NCBI GenBank assembly: GCA_964035545.1
Contig: CAXIUT010000036.1
Span: forward strand, 24,287-75,803
Length of the DNA stretch: 51,517 bases
Reading direction: 5' to 3'
Origin: Bugula neritina
Lineage: Eukaryota > Animalia > Bryozoa
Positions 11,851 through 25,461 of the stretch are shown here, in pieces. How positions within the stretch are numbered: the first letter of the stretch is position 1; the number at the start of each line of letters is the position of its first letter. The position numbers were made by a program, and so were the translations under genes. Under the pieces are notes generated by a model, which ran no database searches, was not told where the DNA came from, and was given only the letters and a program-made list of their open reading frames with translations.

Positions 11851-13559
11851 ATTATTATTTGATTATATTTCTAACAAAGTCATAAATATCTCTTCTATCT
11901 TGTTAGAACTTAATAAATGATAGTACTAGATAGCATAATTATTATTTTTATGATAGAAATAAAATATGACTTACCTAGATTTATTATTATCTGATAAATA
12001 ACTATATTATTATTTGATAAAGAACTACATTCTCATCTGATAAACAACTTTATTACTGAAGTAAGTCAAGAGTAATATAAACATCTCTGATTATCTCCTC
12101 ATCCATTTGAAAACCAGAAGTCTTTTATTTATAAAAAAAATATGGCGCCTAAATTATACTTTATCATAAGTTAGTCATTGATCATAATTGTATATGATAA
12201 CTTATAATTTATAAATCGTGATAAATATCCAAAGATAGTACATCCTTTCTACTACTTCACTTAACACCCAGTCGGTCAGATCACTTGAAGTTGTAAGATA
12301 GAGTTAGAACTAACAAATAAACGATGTCCGAGTCAAAAATAAACAGGTGAGTAAAAACATAATCAACATCTATTTACACATAGGTCACTGACATCAATGA
12401 AAATGAACCTTTTGACAGGCTGTAGGAGAAATTATTGAAGAGCAACTATCAAATGTAGTAGAATTGCAATGGTTTGGTAACCAATTTACTTTCTGATATT
12501 CAAGAAAATAGTCACATAGAAGAAATAAAATAAACACTAGCAACCAAGCAAACAGGTTTATTATTTAGAAATAGTTACAAAAAGATAAAATAAAAATAAA
12601 GTAGCCAAAAACAACTTGAAAAAAAAGTTAACAATGACTAATATAGATGAATGGAGTAAGATCTATTATAAGGTTTAAGAAGTAGAAATATTAAGGATAG
12701 TCAGATAGTTATCCTTGACTTAATCTCTGATGTATTAAAAAACTATCTAAAATTACTTCATAAATAACAAATCAATTTTTTGAAGTTGGAGACCTATTCT
12801 TCAAACTGCAACAAATAAGATAATAAAATAGATATTGATAAAAAGGATGTTAATAAACAGACAAATAAACAGCTAGTCAACAAATTATAAAAAGGACCAA
12901 ATAGATATCACAAATGGAACCTATAGATGACAACTATAATAAGATATAAACCAAGTTTCAGATAACAAGAATGTGATTCTTGTCAGTTATTTTGGGTTAA
13001 AAGTTGAAAGAAGGGTAAGATCAAAGATTAGCAGTCTCAGAACAACTTTCAATAATAAAATAATAATAGAGTCTATTAGATATTCTTATTGGATATGTAA
13101 GTGGAGTAGATACAAATATAGAAGAAGATAAGTCCAGTTCATTGATATTAAATAACTTTGAAGCACAATGGATCATTTAGGATTAGATACACCAAAAATC
13201 ATAACTTTGTTCTAAATATAACAACTATTTACCACTTGATTATACTCAACTTTCTTTCTAAAAAGATAATAAATCATTAACAGATCTTAGGTCAACTATT
13301 TTATTCAACGAAATTGGAAAAGATCAGTGAAATACATCAGTATGAAAACTAGAAATGGAAGAGGTTATCTAACTACCTATAGAAATTAGTATTAGTTATT
13401 TAATAGAGAGAGTCTTATCAAGAATTAGAGAAGAGAGATTAGTTGTTTTAAGTTATGTTTATTTATGTGGAGATCATGAGTGAACTTTATAGAGGACTAT
13501 ATTTAGTATTCAGGATCTATCATAGTAAAATTCAATAGCTTAATGTACTACTAATAATG

Positions 13560-16170
13560 GCTCTTTGAAGTGATTGTTTAACCTTCAATCGACTAATATC
13601 AAAGGCTGAATATTATTTGAATCATTGTTAAGTTGACTCGAAAGGATATGGCATTTGTGGATTTCAGATTTTAGACCTTGATAGAAAAAAATTAGACTTT
13701 GCTTTGGATTATTTTAAAAGAAGTTAATACTCAATAATATTTTAGTAGATATGAATAGTTAGTTAGCACTATTAGACAAATATAATAAAAAAAAGTAGTT
13801 TAGGAATTGAGATGATAGTTAGGTCAAATTACATGAAGAAATCAGGATAAGAAGAAAGAGTTGAAGGTGATAGTTGATTGAATAAGATAATATAATTGAG
13901 AAAAGTAAATATATTTTTTGATTGGTTTGTTATTAACATATCTAACTCATATTCTTCATCTCAACAAAATAGTATTAGTGTCATTTAAGTACAAATGATA
14001 TTTAAATATTATCATCTTATGCTGTATTGATAAGTCATACATCTTTATTAGATCATGAAGAGTTTTCATCTTTGAATAGATCAAAGGTATTATGTACACG
14101 TTCTTCTTTCTGGTTGACTATCTGATTATTTTTATTGGTAGTTTACATAGTTAGTCAGAAATAGTAAGATAAATTAGCAAGAATTATTATATTTGTACTT
14201 AAATCGTACTTGATACTGCAAGGTTTATAAAATAATGTAACCAATCAGAGACGAAGAGCTTCAAGCTCTAAGCCAGGCATACCTCAAAATGCCTATTGAC
14301 CTTAAGTGTGCTTAAGGTAACAAAGTTGATAAGATGTGTTTGGATTCTTCATGTGCCAATGCTCTTATCTGCTCTGACTACTAGTGTAAGTCATGTTCTG
14401 AATACTCTCTAAACTATCAGGCGATTCCTTTATTTGGACTAACTAAAAATCTTAATACTTTGGTCGATAACAACAAGGAAATGATCTATGGTTCATTGAA
14501 GATAGATAGGGACTTCATTCAAAATTTTAAGTAAGATCAAATGGATTTCATCAAGAGGTCTCCCTTTAAAGGACTAGAAGAGAAATAAAGATATATTATC
14601 CAGGAAATATTTACAAAGGTTAATGCTAAGTGTTTGAGTGGAAAATAAGCAAACTAACTTCAAAGTAAAGTCTTTTAGTTGAGTAAAAATCAGAAAGAAC
14701 ATGAAGGAATGAATCAGTTGCTTGAAGACTATTCAAAGCAAATGAAAAAATATTGCAACGCTATCAAATAGTTCAGGTAAACTTTTTTCAATAAACTAAA
14801 TAATGATTTTAATCCAGCTATCTTAAAAAAAGGAAACAAAGAAGTTGAGGTTAATTTTGATACAATTATTTTGAAGAAAGGAGATAAAGATGTTGAGAAA
14901 CAAAAGTTGTTTTTGATGGAGGCTTTAAAAAAGCCAAAGAAGTTGTAACTACTCTACAGAGCATCATAAAATGGTTTTAGAGTATCTGCTTTTCATTAAA
15001 AATGTGATAACATCTAGCATACTCTTACTTTAGTGAGAACTGAGTTTGGTAAAACTATTGGAGGCTATACTAAATACAAGTGGAACCAAGTGAGTCATGG
15101 TGATTATGTAAGTGATGCAGGAAAGGAAGCTTTTCTGCTGTCTTTGGACTTAAAGTAAAAAATGATTTGTCACAATCAAAATTATATAATATACTGTAAA
15201 AATAACTATGGTCCAACATTTGGAGGTGGAAATGATCTCTAAATATCTGACCAATGCAATAATAATAACTATTCTAGAGCAAACTTAGGTCATTCCTATA
15301 ATTCTGAAGATAAAAAATACATTAAAGGCAATAAGTAGACCTGTAAAGCATTTTCTGGAGCAACCTAAAATTATTATTTTAAAGTGGTTGAATACTAAGT
15401 ATTCAGAGTGATTTGGTTGTGATTGTCATTCATTTGTTATTTGTAAATAATCAATAAATAAGTATCAAAGCAAATAAGCATAAATATGATCTATCATAAC
15501 TATTAAAAAAAGTATTTTGATATCATAATCATGATGATGATGTACTGATAGTTGTATTTGTTAAGATTGTCTTCTACAAATAAATTATGTATTTCATACA
15601 ATTAAACATTAATAAAGATTCTGTTGATTTGGGATAGTATTAAGAGAGATGGGTCAGATCAATAATATTTTAGAAATAAATAAACCAATTTTTACCAATA
15701 TGGTTAAATGCATTAATTAACAAATCAAACTAAGACAACAAATCAACTAGTAATCAACAATTAAATTAAAAGTAACAAGAAGAAACATTAATAGATTAAT
15801 ACTAGTTATATCAATGGGAAAAAGAATTAGATTAATAAAATATTGAGAAAGAAAAAAGAAAAAAGGAAGAAAACCTAAAGGAAGTTCAAAGAGAAGAACA
15901 AATAAAAGCAAAATGTTACATTTTAAGTTAAAAGTATCGACTAACCAAGAGGTCTAATATCTCATGGAAGGAGTGTAAAGAGGACAAATAAATATGCAAA
16001 AATAGTTGAAACCATAAGATTTGAAGAGAAATAGATGATAGTCAACAAAAAAAAAGAAGAAAAGAGAAGAAGACCTGAGGAAAGGAACTATATTCAAGGT
16101 TATCATCAGAAAAGAAGCAATTATTATCATAGTGAAAAATAGTTTCGATCAAGATAAACATTTAATGCCA
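13560..16170 (+). repeat. Segmental duplication unit around TLDc copy C (upstream spacer + TLDc + AT-hook remnant)
   Basis: Upstream matches ~7980-8610 and ~49530-50100; downstream matches ~9800-10480. Confidence 0.8.
14235..15422 (+). CDS. TLDc family copy C, 395 aa
   Basis: Intronless 1188-nt ORF with TAR=Glu: MEPIRDEELQ...LLYRASENGF...GPTFGGGNDL...VVEYEVFRVIWL-TGA. Confidence 0.93.
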
Positions 16171-17400
16171 AAAATAAAGGAATATTGACAAAAAGATTTA
16201 GTAAATACAGAAGAAAAGAGATAGTGATCAGAAATTTAGACAGTTTAAAGATAGAGAGTAAAGACATTGATGGGAAGTGAAGTAAAATAATCGATTGATG
16301 TAAAAGAAGAGTTACTACAGTTATAGGATAAACCTTCAATAATGTTGAATAGCTATGTATTAACTGTTGTGTTACAACTATAAATGGTAGATCGATAGAA
16401 TGATAAGTTGTTTTTCAAAGGATTTTGGATATCAGATTGTTAACAAAGGATTAATTCTTGTAGATGTAAAGATAAAAAGTAGAAACTATTAAAATTGTCG
16501 AAGTATTATCTCTGAGAAGGGTAACAAAAGATGAATCGACAAAAGCACTAAGAAATTATAATATTTAAGAAGAAATTGATCAGGTTAAGTAATTTTGATG
16601 TTGCTAGTTATCCTTTAAAGATCTTTCTTCTTTCATAAACTAGTTGTTATGAAGCATCAAAGTAAACATTTATGTCAATTAATGTTATTGGCTAAATTTA
16701 TTTGGCTTTCGAGTCAACAGAAAGAAGAGATGCTTGTCAATTCAAAGTATTAGTTAGTTAATCAAAGAGAAAAGCACTTGAAAAACTTTATTAGACTTAG
16801 CACTTAAAGATCTTTTTGAAAAGAAGTTGGCAACTTCAATAATACCAACATATAAACTTTAGGAAGGAGATAACTTGCTGAAGGTTGATTTATCAAAGAC
16901 CTAGATTGATATCTTTGCTTGCTTTATAAGAAAATAACTTTAATCATCAAATAGTATAGTTATCATTTAATAGATATGATTATAAATATAGGTTTATTTT
17001 AGAAGTACAACTGAAAAGAAAAAGTTCACTAACTACTTGAAGGTTCGAAGAGAATATTATTATTATCACAATCTATACTTTCATTATTATTTTATGATTG
17101 ACTGTGAAAAAAAGAGAATCAAATTGTAAACCAATTAGTAAGCTTAGATGAAATGATTCCATAGCATCTTCTTTTTTATTCTTCAGCAAATAAATGATTA
17201 TTTTTGCATATTTTTTATCATTCTATTGTCAATACTAAATATAAGAATAGAATCTTTTGATACATATGAGAAGTTAGAAAGTAAAGGAGATAATAAGATC
17301 AAGGATGTCTTATAGATAATATCAAAAAGTTGTAATACTCTCAATGAAAATCTCAGAATGTTTTCGACTTGTCCAATGTTATGAATAAGGAGGTGATAAT
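15560..17400 (+). pseudogene. Longest AT-hook remnant, with a possible degenerate Ulp1/C48 peptidase region
   Basis: Fragmented frames give LSKTEIDIFACFIRK, HYYFMIDCEKKRIK (~17080-17120) and QQINDYFCIFFII (17184 onward), loosely resembling the Ulp1 WLxDxxI, HW...D and QxNxxDCG motifs. Many stops and frameshifts. Confidence 0.35.
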
Positions 17401-17612
17401 TTGAATCAGATAATAGAGGCAACTATTAGTTAACTCTCATGAAATTATTTTCTACCATTATTAGTTTCAAAACTGATACTTCAAGTCATAGTTCTCGAGT
17501 GATAGAAAATATAACATTTTTGGATCTTTATCATGATTTATAAATTATAAGTTATCAAGAGCAAATACTGACTAATTTATGATAAGTATCAATATATTTA
17601 ATTCTTATTAAA

Positions 17613-18791
17613 ATGTCGAAAGAGACATAAGTAAATAACTTCTAAACAATTTCAACAATCTGATCGTTAAAAACCTAATAATTATCTTTGTCAAAAAGGA
17701 AACAAGATCTAAAAATTGTGCATCAACTCATAATGTAGCAGATCGATAGGTTACAATAACTCTGAATGTTAAACTTGTGGAATAAAGACTCATCCTTAAT
17801 GTTACCATGTTGCTTTTGGTTAAATAACTAATCTTATCAACAAAAGAATCAAATGCTTTCAACATTTAACTCTGAATATCTTTGAGATCGAAGATACTTT
17901 TATCAGCAAAATTATCTAGAGTAGAAAATAGCTAAAAATATAAATTAAATGATTTGACATCTGAAGAACAAAATATTATTGAAGAAATTTACAAAAAGAA
18001 CAACAGTTAGTTCTTGGATGGAAGAAGTGCCTAAAAGTTTTTTAACAATCTGAAGTTGTACAATAAGAATATCAGCACAAATAGTGGAGAAGTGTTGAAT
18101 AGATATCGAATTGAAATGAGTTAACTAGTTGAGAAAAGTAATTGAGATTAAGTAAAAGTTTTATCAATAATTTAAAAGAGAAATCAGCCAAAAATAAAAG
18201 AAAAATGTTATTGAAAAGCAAGTAAATAGTAAAATGCCAAAGTTGGATTCTAAAATAACAAAAAACTTCAAGTAAAACTAAATCAATTTCTTGATGTGCT
18301 TAATTATCCAAAAAAAAATAGAATTGGTTTATAGAGGTTCAGAAAATGAGTTCAGAGCTAAGGCTTTCATTAGAAGTGCAAAAACATTGAACAAACTTTG
18401 ACTTTGGTGAAAACTGAATTCGGAAAAACAATTGGCAGCTACTCCAAATACAAATGGAATTAAGTTGCTGATGGTCATAGGGTAAACGACGCAAAGAAGG
18501 AAGCCTTTATTTTTTCACTAGATATGAAGTAGAAGATGACATGTCAAAACTAAAATGGACAATAATTAATTGGATATAACACTAATTATGGTTCATGGTT
18601 CGGATATGATGACCTTCAGCTTGTTGATCAGTGCAATAATAACAGTAATTCCTTAGCTAATTTCTCTAACACATACAATTAAGAAGGTTCCAACAAGTAT
18701 GCTAACAACCAACAGAGCTACAGCCTTTTCAGGAGCAACCAATGGCAAGAACTTTCGAGTAGTTGAATACTAGGTGTTTCGAGTGAGGTGA
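17613..18791 (+). pseudogene. TLDc family copy D (distant paralog, multiple frameshifts)
   Basis: LCQKGNKIEKLCINSEC...CETCGIKTHPECYH, LVYRGSENEF, LTLVKTEFGKTIGSY, GSWFGYDDL and FRVVEYEVFRVR-TGA lie in different frames, needing at least five frame changes. Confidence 0.85.
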
Positions 18792-21074
18792 GTTGGTAGT
18801 AGAGACAAAGCAGTTGTGACTATCTCTTCTTTTCAAAGAAAGTGTTGCAAACATTGTTTGTTTCATATTTTGATTATATTTGTTCAAAAGACTTTAATAA
18901 ATCTATTTTTATTTTAGTGTATTAAATATAAAAGGTTAACCATCTAAATATTACTATGCTAAACAAAACTATTTCATTTGAGCATCAGTGATAACTATAA
19001 AGCAAATCACAAAATATTTTAATAAACTAGATTACTATCAGGTTGTGATTCATAATTTTATCAAAATTCAAAGATACTATTATCAGCAATAAAATAGTAT
19101 CATTGTTTCCAAAAGACATTATTAATTTTATATTTTTGTTTATAGATATATAACCTCCTCGATGTTTAATTAGTTGCTCCATTGAATCTTATTAATATTC
19201 CATAAGATAAGAGATTTAGCTGCTATATTGTTTACTCATGAACTCTCTTGTAAAACATTGATATTTTTTTATGGTTTGTTTATCTTATTTAGTAGAGTTA
19301 AAACTTAAATATAAATGCAGTTCTTGAAATATTATCTCATTATGTTGTCTATATATCTTTTCAATTTTATAATTTGATTTGATTTATTCATTCGACTTGA
19401 TAAACTTCAAGATGTTAAAGGTTTCTATCAGATGAGAAATCAAAAAAATATTTCACTATGATTATTATAAATAACTGTCATACGATTTATAACCAAAAGT
19501 TAATATACTTTAAGGATTTTTTTACGATGTGACTACTCAATAAATTTGATTATTTTTAGTATGAACCTATTGTTAGTGAAGATTCAAATAAATAAAAAAG
19601 AAGTTAAAGATTTAGATTGGTTGACTATCCGAAATATTGTCCAAAATATTATCAATCTCTTTTGTTATTTTTCTATAATTTTTTTATTTTTAGACTCAAT
19701 GTCAAAAAAGTATATGAGACTTATAGATACTATCTCAAGAAGATAGTTACAAATGACTAAATACATGAAGAAGAAGTTATAATTACCGAGTAGATGCAGA
19801 CAAACTCAATAGATCTATCTTCAATATTTAGATCTAGACAGAAAATTATTATCAGATATAAATGATTAGATATAAAATCGATATAGATATTTATAATGTC
19901 ATTGAATTGCTTACTAGATTATAATAATTGGTTTAATTTCTATTTAAGATGTTTTATTTGCTGAAGTATTTTCATTATCTGTTCAAAGACATCCTTAATA
20001 ACTTTAAAAAAATAGCCTGAATACTGTCTACTAACTACAGTTGAATCGTAGCGAGAGGAGGTATTCTAAATATCTTCTTATAATCAAGAAGATTGCGACA
20101 TAAAACAAACACTAGCCATTTAACAACTAGATTTATTGAATAGAAATAAATGTAAAAATATAAAAATGATTGTAAAGTAGTCAAAATAACTTGAAAGTTA
20201 GAAGTAAAAAATGAAAGCACATTCATATAAAATAAGTAATTAGATATTAAAAGCATAATTTAAAACAAGTTATGACTAAACTACTGGATATTAGCCATTA
20301 ATTCTAGTTTATATTTAGATCCGCAGTTCATAATATGCTCAAGATCATCAGAACTAGAACATTGAAGTTATTATAAATTTAATTAAAAGGAAAATCAATT
20401 TTGTAATGGTAAAATAGAAAAACAAATAATATGAAGAATACTTATGTTCTATTGATTTGCTCATTTACTTTTCTTATTTTTATGTTTTAATAGTGAGAGG
20501 AAAGATTACTGATGGAAATATTATGGTTAATAAAATAGTTGAAAAGATATTATGCTGACTAGTAAATTAAATATACTCTTTATATTAATGAATATTAATG
20601 ATTGATTTCTGGTTAAATATGAACTCTTCAACTTAGATATTATAAAAATCAAAATTCTAGCTAAAAATACTAACAGAATTCTAGTTTCTCAACTTTGCTT
20701 TATTTATCACCAAGTTTCTCACCACAATATCATGTTTAAACAGGTCAAATATCATTTTTAGATGAAAAAATATCAAGTAAGATGTATAATAAAATTGAAA
20801 TGATCAACAGAATAAATTTTGATAAACAATAACTAGATTTATAACTTGACAGTCAATAACTAGGTTAATAACTAGATTGCTAATATTGTTGTTTATGATA
20901 CTTTTGAGTTGTTTAACTTATTATCAATAAATAAAAGAAGAGATCAAATAAATCAAATAAATCATTTAATAATATAACTTCTTGACACGAGAACTAATAA
21001 AATTCAAAATTATTTCTTCGAGTTGACATTCGATTTGAATGATTTAACTTTGTAAACTTTCCTAGTATACTATA

Positions 21075-21640
21075 ATTATTTTTAGCAAAAAATCGCATGA
21101 TAACTAAAGGTCTTGTAAAAAACTAAATGCAGGCATTTATCTGGGTTGCCAATCGATTCAGAGCTATCAAGACTAAGACTTAAGTAGTTATTCGATAAAA
21201 TGCACTCAAGAAAGAAATAAAATCACATTTACATCAAGATAGAATCATCACAGACATTGGACTTAAACATATTAGATAATCACTTTTCTGGTTTAGATGC
21301 TGGACAATAAGGATAGCGCTAGCAGATAGTCAAAATACTGAACCAACATAACAAGATGAATCCGATGGACATCAAGCCAACCACATCGAAAGGAATCAGC
21401 CTAAAAATTATATTTTATCTTCAACTAAAGCTGTTTTATCTGCAAGTTGTACTTGTTGCTCTTAATTGCCAGTAGCAAAACAACCATTACTGATTTATGC
21501 TTGGATTTCAGTTAACAATTTACTCCAAGTTCCAAACAATTTGAATCCTGAGGTGATGGATACAGCTAACTTACAAATCAACATGGATGTCTCCAACAAT
21601 AACATCAACTAAATGAACAATCCCTACAACTGATCTGATA
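21075..21640 (+). pseudogene. Arrestin-like gene fragment with internal deletion
   Basis: Homologous to 1320-1870 and to ~10630-11380 (minus); lacks the Cys-rich segment. Confidence 0.55.
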
Positions 21641-22560
21641 GTTTATTGTCTTTAAAGTTTTTGATAAAGAAAGAGGGAATAAGGATTATTATTAACACTA
21701 GAATATGTCTGTTATTTTGAACTAGAATATGTCTGTTATTTTGTTACTTATTTATTTACTATCATTTTGATAGTTTTTTCCTCTTTTGATTTGATGTATT
21801 TGATAATGACTACTTGACTTTCGATACTAAAGGCTTACCTTAATTGAAATTATCATCTACTGTGATAACACTTGCTTCTCTTTCTGATGATAAACTTGAA
21901 TACCACTCTTTGCCTTTTGTTTTTATGAAAGGTCTTCCTCCTTTTTTGCTATTAACTATCTTTTATCTATCTTTACATTCCTTTTTTATCTCTTTCAACA
22001 TATTTATTTGTGCTCTTTATCGCCCTTCCCTGAAATAGACCTTTTGGTTGATATCTTTAACTTAAAATTTGACATTGTAATTATATTTGCTCTGACTTCG
22101 GTCTTCTCCTACTTTCCTATTCTTCTTACTTTCTTTATTCCTCTATTAATTAGATTCTTTCTCCTTGTGATTAAACTTATATCAATCTCTTCTATTTTCT
22201 TAAGGCTTGTTGCTTGTTGCAAGTTGCTAGTTGCTTTATTGTTTTAATTTTGATATACTAACTGATGTATTTAGCAATATAGATAGTAGCTGATTTATTT
22301 TATTCCAATATTATTGATCTCATCCATCTAGCACTATCTTAAATCAACCTAATCTTCATCAATATTTTACGATTAGAAACGTACAGTTTATTTGTTGATA
22401 TTCATCTTAATAACTACAACTATCAATATATCACTTAATTGATTTACGATATAATATCTTGAATAGCTTTTTATGATAGCTATTACTTGATAAACCATTT
22501 TAAAATTTATTTACTTTGATAATATTTATTGATAATTTACAAATAATAAATGAATGACAA

Positions 22561-23739
22561 TCACTTCCAAATCACTCTGAATACTTAGTATTCAACCACT
22601 TTAAACTTATAATTTACAGTTGCTCCAGAAAATGCTTTCCAGGTCTACTTATTGCCTTAAATGTATTTTTTATCTTCAGAATTATAGAAACGACCTAAGT
22701 TTGCATAGGATTCGTTAATATTGCATTGGTCATTTATGTGGAGATCACTACCTCCAAATACTGGACCATAGTTATTGCTACAGTATATTATATGATATTG
22801 ATCTTGACAAATCATTTTTTATTTTAAGTCCAAAGACAGTAGAAAAGCTTCCTTTCCTGCATCACTTACATCATTATTATTCACTTGGTTCCACTTGTAT
22901 TTAGTATAGCCTCCAATAGTTTTACCAAACTCAGTTCTCACTAAAGTAAAAGTATGCTAGATGTTATCACATTTATTATGAAAAGCTTTTGCACTAAAAC
23001 CATTTTCTGATGCTCTGTAGAGTAGTTACAACTTCTTTGGCTTTTTTAAAGCCTCCATCAAAAACAACTTTTGTTGCTCAACATCTTTATCTCCTTTCTT
23101 CAAGATTATTGTATCAAAATCATCATCAACTTCTTTATCTCCTTTTTTTAAGATGACTGAGTCCAAGTTATTATTTAGTTTATTAAATATAGTTTACCTG
23201 AATTCTTTGATGGCGTTGCAATATTTTTTCATTTGTTTTGAATAGTTTTCAAGCAACTGATTCATTCCTTCATGTTTTTTGTTGTTTTTACTCAACTAAA
23301 ACACTTTACTTTGAAGTTAATTAGCTTATTTTCCACTCAAGCATTTAGAATTAACTTTTGTAAATATTTCCTGGATAATTTGTCTGTATTTCTCTTCTAG
23401 TCCTTTAAAAGGAGACCTCTTGATGAACTCCATTTGATCTTACTTAAAATTTTGAATGAAGTCCCTATCTATCTTCAATGAACCATAGATCATTTCCTTG
23501 TTGTTATCGACCATAGCATTTAGATTTTTAGTTAAACCAAACAAAGGAATCGCCTTATAGTTTAGAGAGTATTAAGAACATGACTTACACTAGTAGTTAG
23601 AGCAGATAAGAGCATTGGCACATGAAGAATCCAAACACATCTTATCAACTGTGTTACCTTAAGGACACTTAAGGTCAATAGGCATTCTGAGGTATGCCTG
23701 GCTTAGAGCTTGAAGCTCTTCGTCCCTGATTGGTTACAT
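22561..23739 (-). CDS. TLDc family copy E, 392 aa
   Basis: Intronless 1179-nt ORF with TAR=Glu: MEPIRDEELQ...LLYRASENGF...GPVFGGSDL...VVEYEVFRVIWK-TGA. Confidence 0.93.
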
Positions 23740-24757
23740 TTATTTTTTTATAAACCTTGCGATATTAAGTACGATTTAAGTATAAATATAATAATTCTTG
23801 CTATTTTATCTTACTATTTCTGACTAACTATGAAAGCTACAAATAAAAATAATACGACAGTAGTCAACTAGAAAGAAAAACCTCAAACTTCATGCATATA
23901 ATTTACTCGAAATGTAGAACCCTTCATGATCTACTCAAGATGGAGAACCTTTCAATACTAAAAATGATCATACATGATAATATCTCAATCATTTATATCT
24001 AAATAGCACTAATACTATTATTTGGTTAGTCTACTATCTATCAGCTCTTTCTTCTTATCATGGACTTCTCAAAATAACGACCGAATTATTTTTTGAAATT
24101 ATTGAACTACTTTATTTTCCTCGGGGTATTAATCAAATAACTATTGGTTTTTACTAAAAATATAGTAGTCTAAAACATTTGGTCTTAATTTCTTCAGAAA
24201 TAATCCAAAATCAAAGTCTAACTTTTTTCTATGAAGGTCTTCAAAACTAAAAAATATCACATCCTTTAATCAACATACTCTATCAGTAAATCAAGACTAA
24301 CATTACTAACCACATGACAATCGTAGTAGTTTTCGGTGTTGGACTTAGCCAGTTGCAGCCAATCAAGACAATTAATAACTGTATGCTGACCATGGGATAG
24401 ATAAAATTATATTGGTATACAAACATAATTTATGATAATAATCTATCCAAGTTGACCATTTTAATAGATCTGACAGTAAATATCATCTGTTTTGTGACTA
24501 GTCTTCTCTTATAGAAAACTGATAATCCAAGTAACTCTCAAAAGAAATTAAAAATAATACTAAAATGGTAGCAAGATAACAAGTTATTTTAGATTGATTT
24601 TTTAGTTATGATCGAAGTAATATTCAATTAGAAATATATAACACTAAGCTTAAGATGCATTTATTATTCTAGTCTGATTAAATAGATATTTAGGGGATGT
24701 GAGTTTTTCCTCCATGATTTCTATATTATTTTTAAACATCGATTCCAACATTCTTAG

Positions 24758-25258
24758 ATGTACGAGGTCAAACATTCAATGCGTAAGTATCTAACTCGCA
24801 AGGAGTAGTTTTAGGCTCAGCAAGCTTTTAGGATATTCGATCAAGACGGCTCTGGATCTATTTCTATTCGAGTACTTGATTATCTATGATAGTAATTCGA
24901 CCAGATACTTAAGACACTCGGTCAGACTCTTCAGGAGTAGGAGTTGCAGTTGATTATCAGTCAGATCGATAAAGACGGGAATGGATTTATTGATTTTACT
25001 TAGTTTTTATAGTTGGTTGCTCCCAAGATAATAGCTAATCGTAGTGAGAGGGTGTACTTGTAGGCTTTTAAGGTGATTGATGATTCTGATGACGGATTGA
25101 TTAACAAATAGGAGTTGCAGAGGGCCAATTATATAAGTAATGCGAAATTGAATGATAGAGAGATCGATCAGATACTTCATTATGTTGATACTCATTTTGA
25201 TGGGAAGTTGAATTTTAGTAATGTGCTTAAGATGCTGTATCGAACTCCCAATCAATGA
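24758..25258 (+). CDS. Calmodulin/centrin-like EF-hand protein, 159 aa, one intron (24872-24892)
   Basis: AFRIFDQDGSGSISIR^EF...IDKDGNGFIDFTEFL...EAFKVIDDSDDGLINKEEL...VDTHFDGKLNF. Removing the 21-nt GT..AG intron restores EF-loop 1. Confidence 0.88.
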
Positions 25259-25461
25259 TATCAATAGATTGTTATACTGTTTATTACTTTTATGTTTTGG
25301 AGGTAAATGAATAGAAGTTATGGAAATCGTAATGGTTTATATTTGATTAAATATCTCTAAATAGTTGATAATTTATATCGAATATTGTTATTCTTGATAT
25401 GAAATAATATATCATAAAGTAATTCTCATATATATTTATAATAGTTTCTTATAAAACAAGT

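Noticed and set aside
20290-20340. YLDPQF resembling the hAT transposase LDPR motif (also near 550)
   Set aside because: A single short motif in broken frames with no other hAT features.
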